A stretch of DNA of 64,000 nucleotides. Origin: Planctomycetota bacterium (GTDB lineage: Bacteria; Planctomycetota; UBA8108; SXIK01). The notes under the pieces were generated by a model. It was not told the DNA's origin. It did no database searches and worked only from the letters and a program-made list of their open reading frames with translations. Location of the stretch: assembly GCA_965223265.1 (NCBI GenBank), contig OZ244999.1, positions 2,144,001-2,208,000 of the forward strand, read 5' to 3'. Positions within the stretch are counted from its first letter, which is position 1; every line of letters begins with the position of its first letter. Shown here piece after piece: positions 36,762 through 45,786 of the stretch. The position numbers and the translations under genes are program-made.

Positions 36762-37535
36762 ATGCGCCGCGTTCGCGTTGTCCTATCAGGCGAGGTCTCA
36801 AGCGGCGACGTTCGCCCGCTCTCGGCCCGCGACTCCCATCACGTGGAGCGCGTACTGCGTCGACGAGTTGGCGATGTCGTCGAGATCCTGACGCGCGGTG
36901 GGCTTCGCTACGCCGGGACGATCGTCCACTTGACGGGCGGGGCGAACCCTCGCGGCGGTGAGGCGTGCGATCTCGTCATGGTGCGTGTCGGGGAGGTGTT
37001 GGGGGGTGATGAGCCGTTGGCGTTGATTCGTGCCGTCGATATCGGACTGGCTGTGGTGAAGGGGAATTCGTTCGAGCTCGCGCTCAAGATGGCCAGTGAG
37101 CTGGGCGTGCGTCGCGTGGTCCCGCTGTTGACGGCACGAACAGTCGTTCGCCGCGCTGGGGGCCGCTCGAAGCTGGAGCGGTGGACACGCATCCTCGAGG
37201 AGTCGGCGAAGCAGTGTGGCCGCGAGCCCATGGGCCTCGCGGAGGAGGTCTCTCTCACGGAATGGCTGCAGGAGTTCGATCCCGCACGATCCCAGGGGTG
37301 GATCTGCACGCCTGGCGGGCCAACGACCGCCGACCTGAGTTGGGACGACACTGCACGGACGTTTCTGATCGGCCCCGAGGGTGGATTCTCCGAGGCCGAA
37401 ACCGAGGCCGCAATGGACTGCGGCTGCCGAGTTTGCAGCTTTCCGCTGCCGATTCTGCGGACACCCACCGCGGTCGCGTTGGTGGCCGCGCTGCAGCTGG
37501 TTCGTCGGCAGCCAGAACGCCCGGATCCGGGTTGA
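36762..37535 (+). CDS. rsmE: 16S rRNA m3U1498 methyltransferase
   Basis: HHVERVLRR, ELGV, ESAKQCGR, IGPEGGFS, ILRTPTA (SPOUT). Confidence 0.88.
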   Translation: MRRVRVVLSGEVSSGDVRPLSARDSHHVERVLRRRVGDVVEILTRGGLRYAGTIVHLTGGANPRGGEACDLVMVRVGEVLGGDEPLALIRAVDIGLAVVKGNSFELALKMASELGVRRVVPLLTARTVVRRAGGRSKLERWTRILEESAKQCGREPMGLAEEVSLTEWLQEFDPARSQGWICTPGGPTTADLSWDDTARTFLIGPEGGFSEAETEAAMDCGCRVCSFPLPILRTPTAVALVAALQLVRRQPERPDPG

Positions 37536-37560
37536 TTTCCAGGTTTTGGCTTTGTACGAT
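37532..37560 (+). promoter_or_regulatory. Putative sigma70 promoter of rplM-rpsI
   Basis: TTGATT-N17-TACGAT, ~160 bp upstream of rplM. Confidence 0.4.
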
Positions 37561-37719
37561 TGCCGCTTCGCTTTGCGGCGGTCGGCTCTACAGGATGGGT
37601 CAACACCCGCCTCGAGGGGGCGTTGAAGGATCCTCCACCGCGGCGAAGCCAGATGAGATGAACACAGATCCAAACCTAAGCGGCGACGCTAGACAGATGG
37701 CGTCAGAGAGCGTGAATCG

Positions 37720-38151
37720 ATGAAATCGTTCAGGATGCGACCGGAAGATGTGGTGCGACGTTGGTACCACATAAGCGCGGAGGGGCAGACTCTGGGCCAC
37801 CTGGCCGTGAAGACGGCGGTGATCCTCATGGGGAAACATCGGCCCACTTTCACGCCTGGCGTCGACAGTGGCGACTTCGTCGTCATTACAGGTGCCGAAG
37901 GCATCAAAGTGACCGGTAACAAGAAAGAGAAGAAGGTCTACCGCCGCCACACTGGTTGGGTCGGAGGTCTTGTCGAGGAGTCCCTCGACGACGTGATGAG
38001 TGCGAATCCGGAGCGAGTCGTCGAGCGCGCCGTTCGGCGTATGCTTCCGAAGACCAAGCTGGGGCGGCAGATGTTTCGACGTCTTAAAGTGTACAGCGGG
38101 ACGTCGCATCCGCACGATGCGCAGAAGCCCGAAACGTTGACGATCTCGTGA
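37720..38151 (+). CDS. rplM: 50S ribosomal protein L13
   Basis: LMGKHRPTFTPGVDSGDFVVI, AVRRMLPKTKLGR, HPHDAQKP. Confidence 0.97.
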   Translation: MKSFRMRPEDVVRRWYHISAEGQTLGHLAVKTAVILMGKHRPTFTPGVDSGDFVVITGAEGIKVTGNKKEKKVYRRHTGWVGGLVEESLDDVMSANPERVVERAVRRMLPKTKLGRQMFRRLKVYSGTSHPHDAQKPETLTIS

Positions 38152-38191
38152 CTGCCACGCGGAGCGAAGTTGAGCTGGAGGACGGAGAACT

Positions 38192-38599
38192 GTGGCGAAG
38201 GTGAAGAACGATCTTTACACGTGGGGCATGGGACGTCGCAAGAAGGCGATCGCGCGAGTGCGTCTGAAGCCGGGTGGATCGGGAAACATTTTGGTCAATC
38301 GACGCAAGTGCGAGGACTACTTCCCGTCTGCACGTGAGCAGCAAACTGTGCGGGCACCATTGAATTCAGTCGGCGCGGAAGACACGTTTGACATTTTCGT
38401 CAACGCTCGCGGCGGTGGCTATACGGGTCAAGCCGGCGCGATCGCGCTTGGGATCGCCCGCGCTCTGCTGAGTCACAATGAACAGCACGAGGAGGCCCTC
38501 CGTGCTGGCAAGCATTTGACGCGCGACGCGCGGCAGAAGGAGCGGAAGAAGTACGGGCGCCGCGGCGCTCGACGTGGATTCCAGTTCTCCAAACGCTAA
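38192..38599 (+). CDS. rpsI: 30S ribosomal protein S9
   Basis: GRRKKAIARV, GGGYTGQAGAI, LTRDARQKERKKYG, QFSKR; GTG start with GGAG RBS. Confidence 0.97.
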   Translation: MAKVKNDLYTWGMGRRKKAIARVRLKPGGSGNILVNRRKCEDYFPSAREQQTVRAPLNSVGAEDTFDIFVNARGGGYTGQAGAIALGIARALLSHNEQHEEALRAGKHLTRDARQKERKKYGRRGARRGFQFSKR

Positions 38600-38657
38600 T
38601 CAGCGCCTGTTCCGTACAGCTCGTCAGTGGAATCGCGTTGCGCGACCTCGCTGCACG

Positions 38658-38685
38658 TTGCAAGTCGTCGAACGAGTGTTAAAAT
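38658..38685 (+). promoter_or_regulatory. Putative sigma70 promoter downstream of rpsI
   Basis: TTGCAA-N16-TAAAAT with extended -10 TG. Confidence 0.45.
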
Positions 38686-38937
38686 CGTCGCTGGCAGCCG
38701 GTTGAAGGCTCCTCGGGCGAGGCGTGGACCCTTCAGGCTTGGCAGCCGCTCGAGACAGTGCTTGGAGTCCTGGTCTGCAGCCGGAGCTTTCTGGAGCCGC
38801 TGGGCGTGTCCCGCGGTAGCAGCCGGGAGACGGCGAGACGAGGCGCCACCGAGCTTTTTGCGAATTCCAGGCTAACAACTGTCGTTGACGAACGGCCGTC
38901 GTGTTAGAGCTCCGTCGGGAGAGAACAGGACCTGGGC

Positions 38938-39738
38938 ATGGGTCGCGACCAGCACAATCGCCCGAGAACGCCGAGTTCGAGGCTCTACCCGGCACCGGTG
39001 GTGACGATTTTTTTCACCGTCGGGTTGATTCTTTGGCTTCTGGCGCCCGACGACCATCTCTCTTGGAATCAGCTGCTGCGTGTCGATGCTCCGACCTTCG
39101 AGGGGTTTCTCACGTCACACCTGGTGCACCTCGATGGGGTGCACTTGATCGTCAACTGCCTCTTGATTCTCGTGCTGGGTACGGTTCTCGAATCCCGGTG
39201 GGGGTCATCTCGTTTCGTCCTGTTCTATCTTCTCTGTGCGTGGGGCGGTACGACGGCGACGATTGTCGTCGGGCAGTTGCTCGAGGTTCACGGCTATTCA
39301 TGTGGCGCTTCGAGCATCGCGCTCGGATGCTTGTTGGGAGTCGGGTACAGCTTCCCGCACGATCGGATCTGGCGTTGGCTGCCGGCGAACAAATACCTCG
39401 TGTGGATCGCGGTTTTCGTCGGTGCGGCGCTACTCGCGGAGATGCAGATCCGCGCGGGCGATGGCGGCGGACTGGGACCTCCGTATCTCCTGCCGCAGAC
39501 GATCGGAGTACCGCTGGCGCTCGTGTTCTTCGCTTTTTTGCCACGTCTCGATGCATGGAATGATGCTCGGCGAGAACGACTGGTCGAAGAACAGCGCGCT
39601 CGGGTGTTGCAGATCCGTGAGCGCGTGGACGAGCTTCTCGAGAAGATCAGCACGGAAGGGTACGGCAGCCTGAGTCCCAAGGAACTGTCGTTTCTGCGTC
39701 GTGCGAGTAAGCACTTCAGTGACGACCCTCGAGGCTAG
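38938..39738 (+). CDS. Rhomboid-family intramembrane protease with small C-terminal helical domain
   Basis: HLVH..HLIVN, GTVLESRWG, GASS motif; C-terminal VDELLEKISTEGYGSLSPKELSFL (DUF6576-like); catalytic His not evident. Confidence 0.75.
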   Translation: MGRDQHNRPRTPSSRLYPAPVVTIFFTVGLILWLLAPDDHLSWNQLLRVDAPTFEGFLTSHLVHLDGVHLIVNCLLILVLGTVLESRWGSSRFVLFYLLCAWGGTTATIVVGQLLEVHGYSCGASSIALGCLLGVGYSFPHDRIWRWLPANKYLVWIAVFVGAALLAEMQIRAGDGGGLGPPYLLPQTIGVPLALVFFAFLPRLDAWNDARRERLVEEQRARVLQIRERVDELLEKISTEGYGSLSPKELSFLRRASKHFSDDPRG

Positions 39739-40094
39739 CTTGGAGAGGCCACGCAATCGCAATCGCGCATGGCCTTGAAGCGCTTCTCTTTTGCAACGAT
39801 TGAGACGGACTCAGATCAGAGCCAGACCTGCAGTTGCATAAGTTCTTCGCCGGAAGGACTCAGAAACCTTTGTCCTACGGCTCGATCGGCGGTTGTGGGG
39901 TCGTCGCGGCGGTTCAGCGCCCGAAAAAGTTTTCGTCTTCCGGAAACCGTGACAGTTCCTTCCCGGGGAGCGGCTGGATCTGCGTTGTGTGTTACTTTTG
40001 AGAAAGGTCATCTGCGCACTTTTCCCACGGGCGCGGAAACCTCCGGTTTTCTTTTCCGTGCGCCGGTATTGCCGCAGGATCGTGGTCTCATTCG

Positions 40095-41819
40095 ATGGTG
40101 ACTCAAGCGCTGAATGACAAGCTCGCCGAGGCGTCGACGCGCCTCACCGACTTGTGTCGTGATGCCGGTGAACTCGGCGATCCAGGGCGTGCACACTCTG
40201 CGACCACTCGCATCGAGATCGGACTCCGCCGACTCCAGGAGCTTGAGCTTACAGAAGAGTTCGCAGCGCTTTCAGTCGCTGCTGCGCGCGTCGAGGCGGA
40301 GCTCGGCGGCTGTACTGAAGCGGATGTCGACGGCGCTGCTGAAGCCACGCTTGTTCTCGACTTCGTGACTCGTGCCCGGCAGTTCCTGCATCTGGTGAGA
40401 TCGGGAAGGAGAGCGCCTGCTGATTTTTTCTTGCCGGCAGCGGCGGTGGAACCCGCAACGGAGAGTCAACAGGTTAAGAGTGATTCGTCAAGCGCGACGC
40501 TTGCACCTGGTGAGTCCGTCGACGAAGTAACGACGCAGGAGGTTGGCCCGTGCGCGAAAGAGGACGACATCAAGCGTCTGCGGAGGATCTTGCAGAACGC
40601 GCCGCCCATCAAGGCGAATCTACGCGGACTCGCAGAGCTAGTGTGCGCGCGGCTCGGAATCGCCGAGTCTGAGTTCGCAGAGTCCGAGAAAACGCCCGAC
40701 TCAGACTTCGAAAGTCGGCATAGTCGGAGCCGGACGACGAACGACCCCGCGGCGCGCGACCAGGCCGCGCCACCTGACGCACCAGCCGCGGCCCCGGAGG
40801 CCACCGCGACAAGAGACAGCGCTCGCTCGCCCACTCCGGAGCCATCGCGAGTACCACGTGACACCCGGGTAGATGTCGCTCGAGAACTCGGAGGGTTCGT
40901 CCCGGAAGCTCTAGCTCTTCGGGACACGATCTTGCGGGAGGACTGGAGGCATGGTTCGAATCGCCAGCAGATGCTCGTCGAGCGAGTGAGCGGATTCCTT
41001 CAGAACATGGCGAACTCTATGACGCTGGCGCAAGGACTCGTCTTGAGCGACTGCCTCGATGAGTGCGCCGAGGCCCTGAGAACTGAGATTGACAGACTGC
41101 GCCACGACATCTCTGTCCACACCACAATACCGCTCTCTCGAGTCCGTCTGCCCGCTCTGCTGGCGCGGTTGATTCGCGAGTCTATGGTCCAGCTGCTGAG
41201 GATTGTCCTTCTGACGCGAGGGGGACGATCTGCCTTCGATTCGACGGTTTGCGTCGAAGGGCATGTCATGGAGGACTCGGTGCAATTCCACCTCGTGGGG
41301 GCTTTTCTTCCCACTGGAGCTGCGACCGAACTGCGTATCTTTCCGATTCGCAAGCTCCTCAGCACGCTTGGCGGAGATGTCTCTTCGTGTGAAAAGAATC
41401 AGCGGGTCGTGATCTCTACGCCGTTAGATTTTCTTTCGATTGACGTAGTTGTCGTGCGCTCCGGTACCAACTCTCTCGGGATTCCTGCCCATCGAATCGT
41501 TGAATCGCTTGACACGAAATCAGGGCGTTACAAAGACGTATCCGAGAAGAGCGAATTGCGCTACCGAGGCGAGATGATCCCGATCGTGGATCTGTCAGTC
41601 GGCGACGAATACGAGCCATCGGCTCTGGCTACGACGAAGGAGATTCTCGTTCTGCAAACGGATGCGGGGAAGCATGCCGTGCTGGTTGACGCCATCGTTG
41701 CTAAGAAGTGCATGCTCATCTCGCAGCGACAAGAACAGATCACTGACGACTTCATTGGCTACGCCCTGGACACGGCGGAACAGGCGAAGGTGCCGGTTTT
41801 GAACTGCAGTTTCTATTGA
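40095..41819 (+). CDS. Divergent CheA-like protein (degenerate Hpt and ATPase regions, CheW-like C-terminal domain)
   Basis: C-terminus PLDFLSIDVVVVRSG..LGIPAHRIVES, YRGEMIPIVDL, AVLVDAIV matches CheA P5; adjacent to a CheY-like gene. Confidence 0.6.
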   Translation: MVTQALNDKLAEASTRLTDLCRDAGELGDPGRAHSATTRIEIGLRRLQELELTEEFAALSVAAARVEAELGGCTEADVDGAAEATLVLDFVTRARQFLHLVRSGRRAPADFFLPAAAVEPATESQQVKSDSSSATLAPGESVDEVTTQEVGPCAKEDDIKRLRRILQNAPPIKANLRGLAELVCARLGIAESEFAESEKTPDSDFESRHSRSRTTNDPAARDQAAPPDAPAAAPEATATRDSARSPTPEPSRVPRDTRVDVARELGGFVPEALALRDTILREDWRHGSNRQQMLVERVSGFLQNMANSMTLAQGLVLSDCLDECAEALRTEIDRLRHDISVHTTIPLSRVRLPALLARLIRESMVQLLRIVLLTRGGRSAFDSTVCVEGHVMEDSVQFHLVGAFLPTGAATELRIFPIRKLLSTLGGDVSSCEKNQRVVISTPLDFLSIDVVVVRSGTNSLGIPAHRIVESLDTKSGRYKDVSEKSELRYRGEMIPIVDLSVGDEYEPSALATTKEILVLQTDAGKHAVLVDAIVAKKCMLISQRQEQITDDFIGYALDTAEQAKVPVLNCSFY

Positions 41820-41892
41820 TTCTTCTGGTCGCTCTTGGCGGCCGTTTTCCCCTGAGCTCTTGAACTACTCCCTGAAAAACTCGGCGATTCCA

Positions 41893-43011
41893 ATGCGCGT
41901 ACTCCTTGTCGACGACTCGAAACTCATGCGTCAACTACACCGCGAAGTGCTCCTTTCGTTCGGCGATTTGGATGTGGTTGAGGCGGAAGATGGGGTGCGT
42001 GCTGTGGAGACGATGCAGGAGTATGGATTCAAGTTCGATCTGATCTTGCTCGATTGGGCGATGCCGCGGATCGACGGGCTGACGTTGGCTCGCGAGATCA
42101 AAGCGGTACCGAGTCTAGCCGAGATACCGATTTTCTTGGTCGCCAGTTCCTCCGACGAACAGCGTCTCCAAGAAGCTTGGGGCGACGCCGCGGATGGGTA
42201 TCTGCTCAAGCCGTTCACGGGTCAGCTCTTTGCCTACGCGCTGTTGTCTCTGCAGCCACGGTTGATTGGCAGCGCTGGTCCCGACGCGTCTCCGCCTTCT
42301 CCACCGACAGAATCTCCTCCGGCCTTTCTGGAGACGTTGGGGGAGGAGATGCGACGGCGCGTCTTGGATATGAGTTTTGTCGTCCAACTGGAGGCCGAGG
42401 AGGTGTTGCTGAGACAGGGTGAATCTCCGACAAACTTCTATTTTGTCGCGCGCGGGGAGATCGATCGCCGCGGACCGGCGCCGCGATCCTACCGCAAAGG
42501 CGACTGCTTCGCGCTCACTGAGGTCATCACTGGCGACCCGGTGGACGCGGACTTCGTCGCTAAGGTTGCGAGCACGGTCGGGCGCGTTCCGAAAGCCGCG
42601 TTTGAAAGCATGATGGGAAGATATCCTGAACTGAGTCGAACCTTGGCCTCTTATCTAGCGAGCGAGGTACGAGGCGCCTCTGGCGTCTCAACTGAGCACG
42701 ATCCGCTTTCCGAGAGCCAACTCACCGCGCTACTAGCTCACCTACAGACGCTTCACTTGCGTCAAACGACCTGTACGATCGCACTACCGGGCGAAGATGC
42801 AGAGTTGGCGATGGTGTGTGGGCAGATCGTCGGTGCGCGCTGTGGCGATCTCGAGGGCGAGGAGGCGTTCTTCGCCATCGCCGAAAAAGGGACGTGCAAC
42901 CGGGAGGTTCGTTTTGACACGCCTTCCTTGCCACCATCGATCTCGAAGCGCACAACACAGCTGCTCATGGAAACCGTGCAGCGAGAGACGGATCCTGCGC
43001 AGCTGATCTGA
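41893..43011 (+). CDS. Response regulator: CheY-like receiver + cNMP-binding-like domain + DUF4388/PatA-N-like domain
   Basis: VLLVDDS, LILLDWAMP, YLLKPF; EEVLLRQGESPTNFYFVARGEI; GQIVGARCGDLEGEEAFF; alternative TTG start at 41860. Confidence 0.8.
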   Translation: MRVLLVDDSKLMRQLHREVLLSFGDLDVVEAEDGVRAVETMQEYGFKFDLILLDWAMPRIDGLTLAREIKAVPSLAEIPIFLVASSSDEQRLQEAWGDAADGYLLKPFTGQLFAYALLSLQPRLIGSAGPDASPPSPPTESPPAFLETLGEEMRRRVLDMSFVVQLEAEEVLLRQGESPTNFYFVARGEIDRRGPAPRSYRKGDCFALTEVITGDPVDADFVAKVASTVGRVPKAAFESMMGRYPELSRTLASYLASEVRGASGVSTEHDPLSESQLTALLAHLQTLHLRQTTCTIALPGEDAELAMVCGQIVGARCGDLEGEEAFFAIAEKGTCNREVRFDTPSLPPSISKRTTQLLMETVQRETDPAQLI

Positions 43012-43057
43012 TGGCCGCACGGCCGTGCCCGGCCCTAGCACTTGGCTAGGGCTGCAT

Positions 43058-44465
43058 CATAGATTGGATGTTAGTAAGTCTCATCGTGGCGATGACTTAC
43101 GACGATTCATCGACGGGGCGCTGGTTTTCGCGTAAAAAAACCCTCCACAGCTCATCGCCAAACAAGAAGTGGAGGGCAAACAATGAGCCACGATTTTATC
43201 CGGTGTGCGTCTGCGTTGAAACGGGTCCTCTCGGAAAAAAGCATCAACACGATCGCGTCCGAAGCAGTTTTCTTCGAGCGGCTGCGAAAGTTCACGCCTA
43301 TTCGTGCGGTCTGGACGTTCGTGACCGCGATGGGATCGGGAACGACAAACAGTCTCGCGGCAGTCTTGAGACTGTTTACCGATCTGACGGGCGAGTCGAT
43401 GTCCTACAAGCCGTTCCACGATCGCCTTTCAGTTCCCGGCTTTCCGGAGTTCATGCGTAAGACGCTGGCCTTGTTCATGAGCGAGTTGTCCGATCCCATT
43501 CGACACGGCAGATCACGGTATCTTCGGCGATTCGAAGACATCGTTGCGCAGGACGGGAGCTCGTTCGAGGTAAATGATTCACTCGTCGATTACTTCCCAG
43601 GACGATTTACGAAGATCTCCCCTGCAGCGATCGAAGTGCACTGCACGTACAGTCTCTACGACGGCCAACCGGTAGCGGTGGCTGTCGCGCCCGATAGTGA
43701 AACAGAGCGAGACTTCCTTCCTGAGCCGGAAGAGGTTGCCGGCAAACTCATCCTGGGGGACAAGGGGTACACCAGTTACGAGTATCCCGCTCGGGTGAGA
43801 GCCGCGGGCGGGGATTTCCTCGGCCGCATGAGCCACAAGGCGTTCAATCCCAAGATCCGCAAGTGCTACCGTGGTCCCTTCAAGCACCGCACAACGGAAG
43901 GGATGAAACTTCGCGATCTGAAACTTCCCAAGAGCAACGTCGATCTGCTTATCGAAGGGAAAGGCCACTGCCTTCGGCTCGTCATCTTCTATGTGAGACA
44001 CAAGGACGTCCACGTGTACCTGTTGACTACGCTGTGCCCTAGAGCGTTTCCACCGAGCATCGTCGCGGCTCTCTACAGACTGCGTTGGCAGATCGAGCTC
44101 TTTTTCAAAGAATGCAAGTCGTTCACCAACTTGCGGAAGTTCCAGACAAAGGATCCTCACATCGTCGAGGGACTCGTCTGGGCGAGCATGCTCGCCGTGC
44201 TTGTCCGAAGGTTCCTACTCTATTCAGCGTTTCGAAACACAGGGAAGCATGCCGCACCGTTCATCGCCGCCGACCTGAGCTGGACATTCTTCAGGGACGT
44301 CGGGCGAGCTTGCATCTCGAAGCCGCGCTCCCTTGTCGCGATGCTCAAACGCGTTCTTCTCCTCTTGCGATCGACAGCCGGACGAACGAATCCGCAAACG
44401 AAGAACGCCTTCGAGACCGTAGACATCGATCCCATAATCGGTTACGGCTAACCTCCCAATCTATG
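43058..44465 (+). mobile_element. Complete IS4-family insertion sequence (1408 bp)
   Basis: Terminal IRs CATAGATTGGATGTTAG / CTAACCTCCCAATCTATG; perfect 10-bp target duplication AGGGCTGCAT at 43048-43057 and 44466-44475. Confidence 0.93.
43183..44451 (+). CDS. IS4-family DDE transposase
   Basis: QDGS, GDKGY and YRLRWQIELFFKECK (Y-2-R-3-E-6-K signature); GGAGG RBS; stop codon lies inside the right IR. Confidence 0.93.
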   Translation: MSHDFIRCASALKRVLSEKSINTIASEAVFFERLRKFTPIRAVWTFVTAMGSGTTNSLAAVLRLFTDLTGESMSYKPFHDRLSVPGFPEFMRKTLALFMSELSDPIRHGRSRYLRRFEDIVAQDGSSFEVNDSLVDYFPGRFTKISPAAIEVHCTYSLYDGQPVAVAVAPDSETERDFLPEPEEVAGKLILGDKGYTSYEYPARVRAAGGDFLGRMSHKAFNPKIRKCYRGPFKHRTTEGMKLRDLKLPKSNVDLLIEGKGHCLRLVIFYVRHKDVHVYLLTTLCPRAFPPSIVAALYRLRWQIELFFKECKSFTNLRKFQTKDPHIVEGLVWASMLAVLVRRFLLYSAFRNTGKHAAPFIAADLSWTFFRDVGRACISKPRSLVAMLKRVLLLLRSTAGRTNPQTKNAFETVDIDPIIGYG

Positions 44466-44549
44466 AGGGCTGCATAGCCCGCTTTGACCTTGGGCGCTGT
44501 TGCGATTGCAATCATCCGCGGTATCGCCGAGGATCATTCTCTTTCGCGT

Positions 44550-44728
44550 CTTGCAGTTCGTTGTCGTGCTTCGAGCCAAAAACTGGCTTTTTCACAGCCA
44601 GATCGGCCGCCACCAGCGCAGGTGATCTCCGAGCCCTCTTTAGGGTATTACGGCGAGTATTGACGCAGTCGAGCTGGGCGTGAAGAGGCCGGTTTGTCGG
44701 CCGAATAATTCTTTCAACGGGCCATTAG
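44550..44728 (-). repeat. Diverged full-length copy of the palindromic MITE-like element
   Basis: GTGCTTCGAGC..AAAACTGG, CCAGATCGGCCGC, GCAGGTGATCTCCGAG, CTGGGCGTGAAGAGGCCGGTTT, TTTCAACGGGC are colinear with the reverse complement of 8926-9092. Confidence 0.8.
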
Positions 44729-44757
44729 GCCAGGAGCGTTTTGCGACGGGAGGTCGG

Positions 44758-45786
44758 GTGGAGTCGGCGTACTTGACTCAACCGGGTGCGATCGAGATTC
44801 GGGAAGTCGATCGTCCTCAGCCAGGACCTGGCGAGATCTTACTGCGCATCGATTTCGCTCTCACTTCTGGGACTGATCTGAAGGCGTTTCGTCGCGGGCA
44901 TCCATTAATTCCCATGCCCGGTCCCTTTGGTCATCGGTACGTCGGCCACGTCGAGTGCGTCGGACGGGGAGTGCGAACGTTTGAAGTCGGAACCCCTGTA
45001 TGGGGCGTTCATAGCGCTCCATGCGGCCAGTGTCGACCGTGTGTTCGGGGGCGCCCGAATCTTTGTGTGCAGCTTCGGGAGAATCTCGTCGTCGGCGCCT
45101 TCGCGCAGTTCTTTCGTCTTCCGAGTGCGGTCGTCGCGCAGAATCTACTCGTACGCCCCAGCTCTGTCGAACCGCTCGACGCGGCCCTTCTCGAGCCTGT
45201 CAGCTGTGTCGTGCATGCTCTCGAGCGCCTTGATTGGCGCGGCGTCGACCGTGTCCTCATCATCGGCCTAGGATCTATGGGGCTCCTCTTTTGTCGATTG
45301 CTCTCCCTCTACACTTCGGCCGAAGTCTTCGCCCTCGGCCGTCGACAAACGCGCCGAGATCGAGCTGCCGCTTTTGGCGCTCAGGTCTTCGCCGACACTG
45401 AAGTTTTGGCAAGCGATCGCTCGGCTGGATCGTTCGACTGTGTCATCGAATGCACCGGCGCCGAGAGTGGGTGGACGCTCGCCGCGGCGGCGGCGTCTCC
45501 AGGCGGGCAGGTTCTCTTCTTCGGCGGGCTGCCGCGCGGGACTTCGCTAGCGTTCGACACGCACCGGTTACACTACGAAGAGTTACGATTTGACGGTTGC
45601 TTCCACTTCGGACCACAGGACGTCCGTCGCGCAGCCGACCTGATTGAGGGAGAAGAAGTGAGAGCCACACAGTTCGTTGATGGCAGCTTCGCGCTACGGG
45701 ATCTCGTCAAAGCGCTTGAGAAGATGGCGCAAGGTGATGGAATACAGTACGCGATCGACCCGTGGCGGAGCGAAGATCGTTCATGA
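44758..45786 (+). CDS. Zn-dependent (MDR) dehydrogenase homologue with altered catalytic-Zn ligands
   Basis: Structural Zn CGQCRPC..C, LLEP, Rossmann GLGSMG, ECTG; but TSGTD and GHR instead of CGTD/GHE; GTG start with GGAGG RBS. Confidence 0.85.
   Translation: MESAYLTQPGAIEIREVDRPQPGPGEILLRIDFALTSGTDLKAFRRGHPLIPMPGPFGHRYVGHVECVGRGVRTFEVGTPVWGVHSAPCGQCRPCVRGRPNLCVQLRENLVVGAFAQFFRLPSAVVAQNLLVRPSSVEPLDAALLEPVSCVVHALERLDWRGVDRVLIIGLGSMGLLFCRLLSLYTSAEVFALGRRQTRRDRAAAFGAQVFADTEVLASDRSAGSFDCVIECTGAESGWTLAAAAASPGGQVLFFGGLPRGTSLAFDTHRLHYEELRFDGCFHFGPQDVRRAADLIEGEEVRATQFVDGSFALRDLVKALEKMAQGDGIQYAIDPWRSEDRS

Noticed and set aside
40953-40962. tRNA T-loop-like GGTTCGAATC
   Set aside because: Inside the CheA-like CDS, with no cloverleaf around it
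44680-44757. N-terminal extension of the first dehydrogenase
   Set aside because: It starts inside the MITE copy; GTG 44758 has a GGAGG RBS and matches the MDR N-terminus
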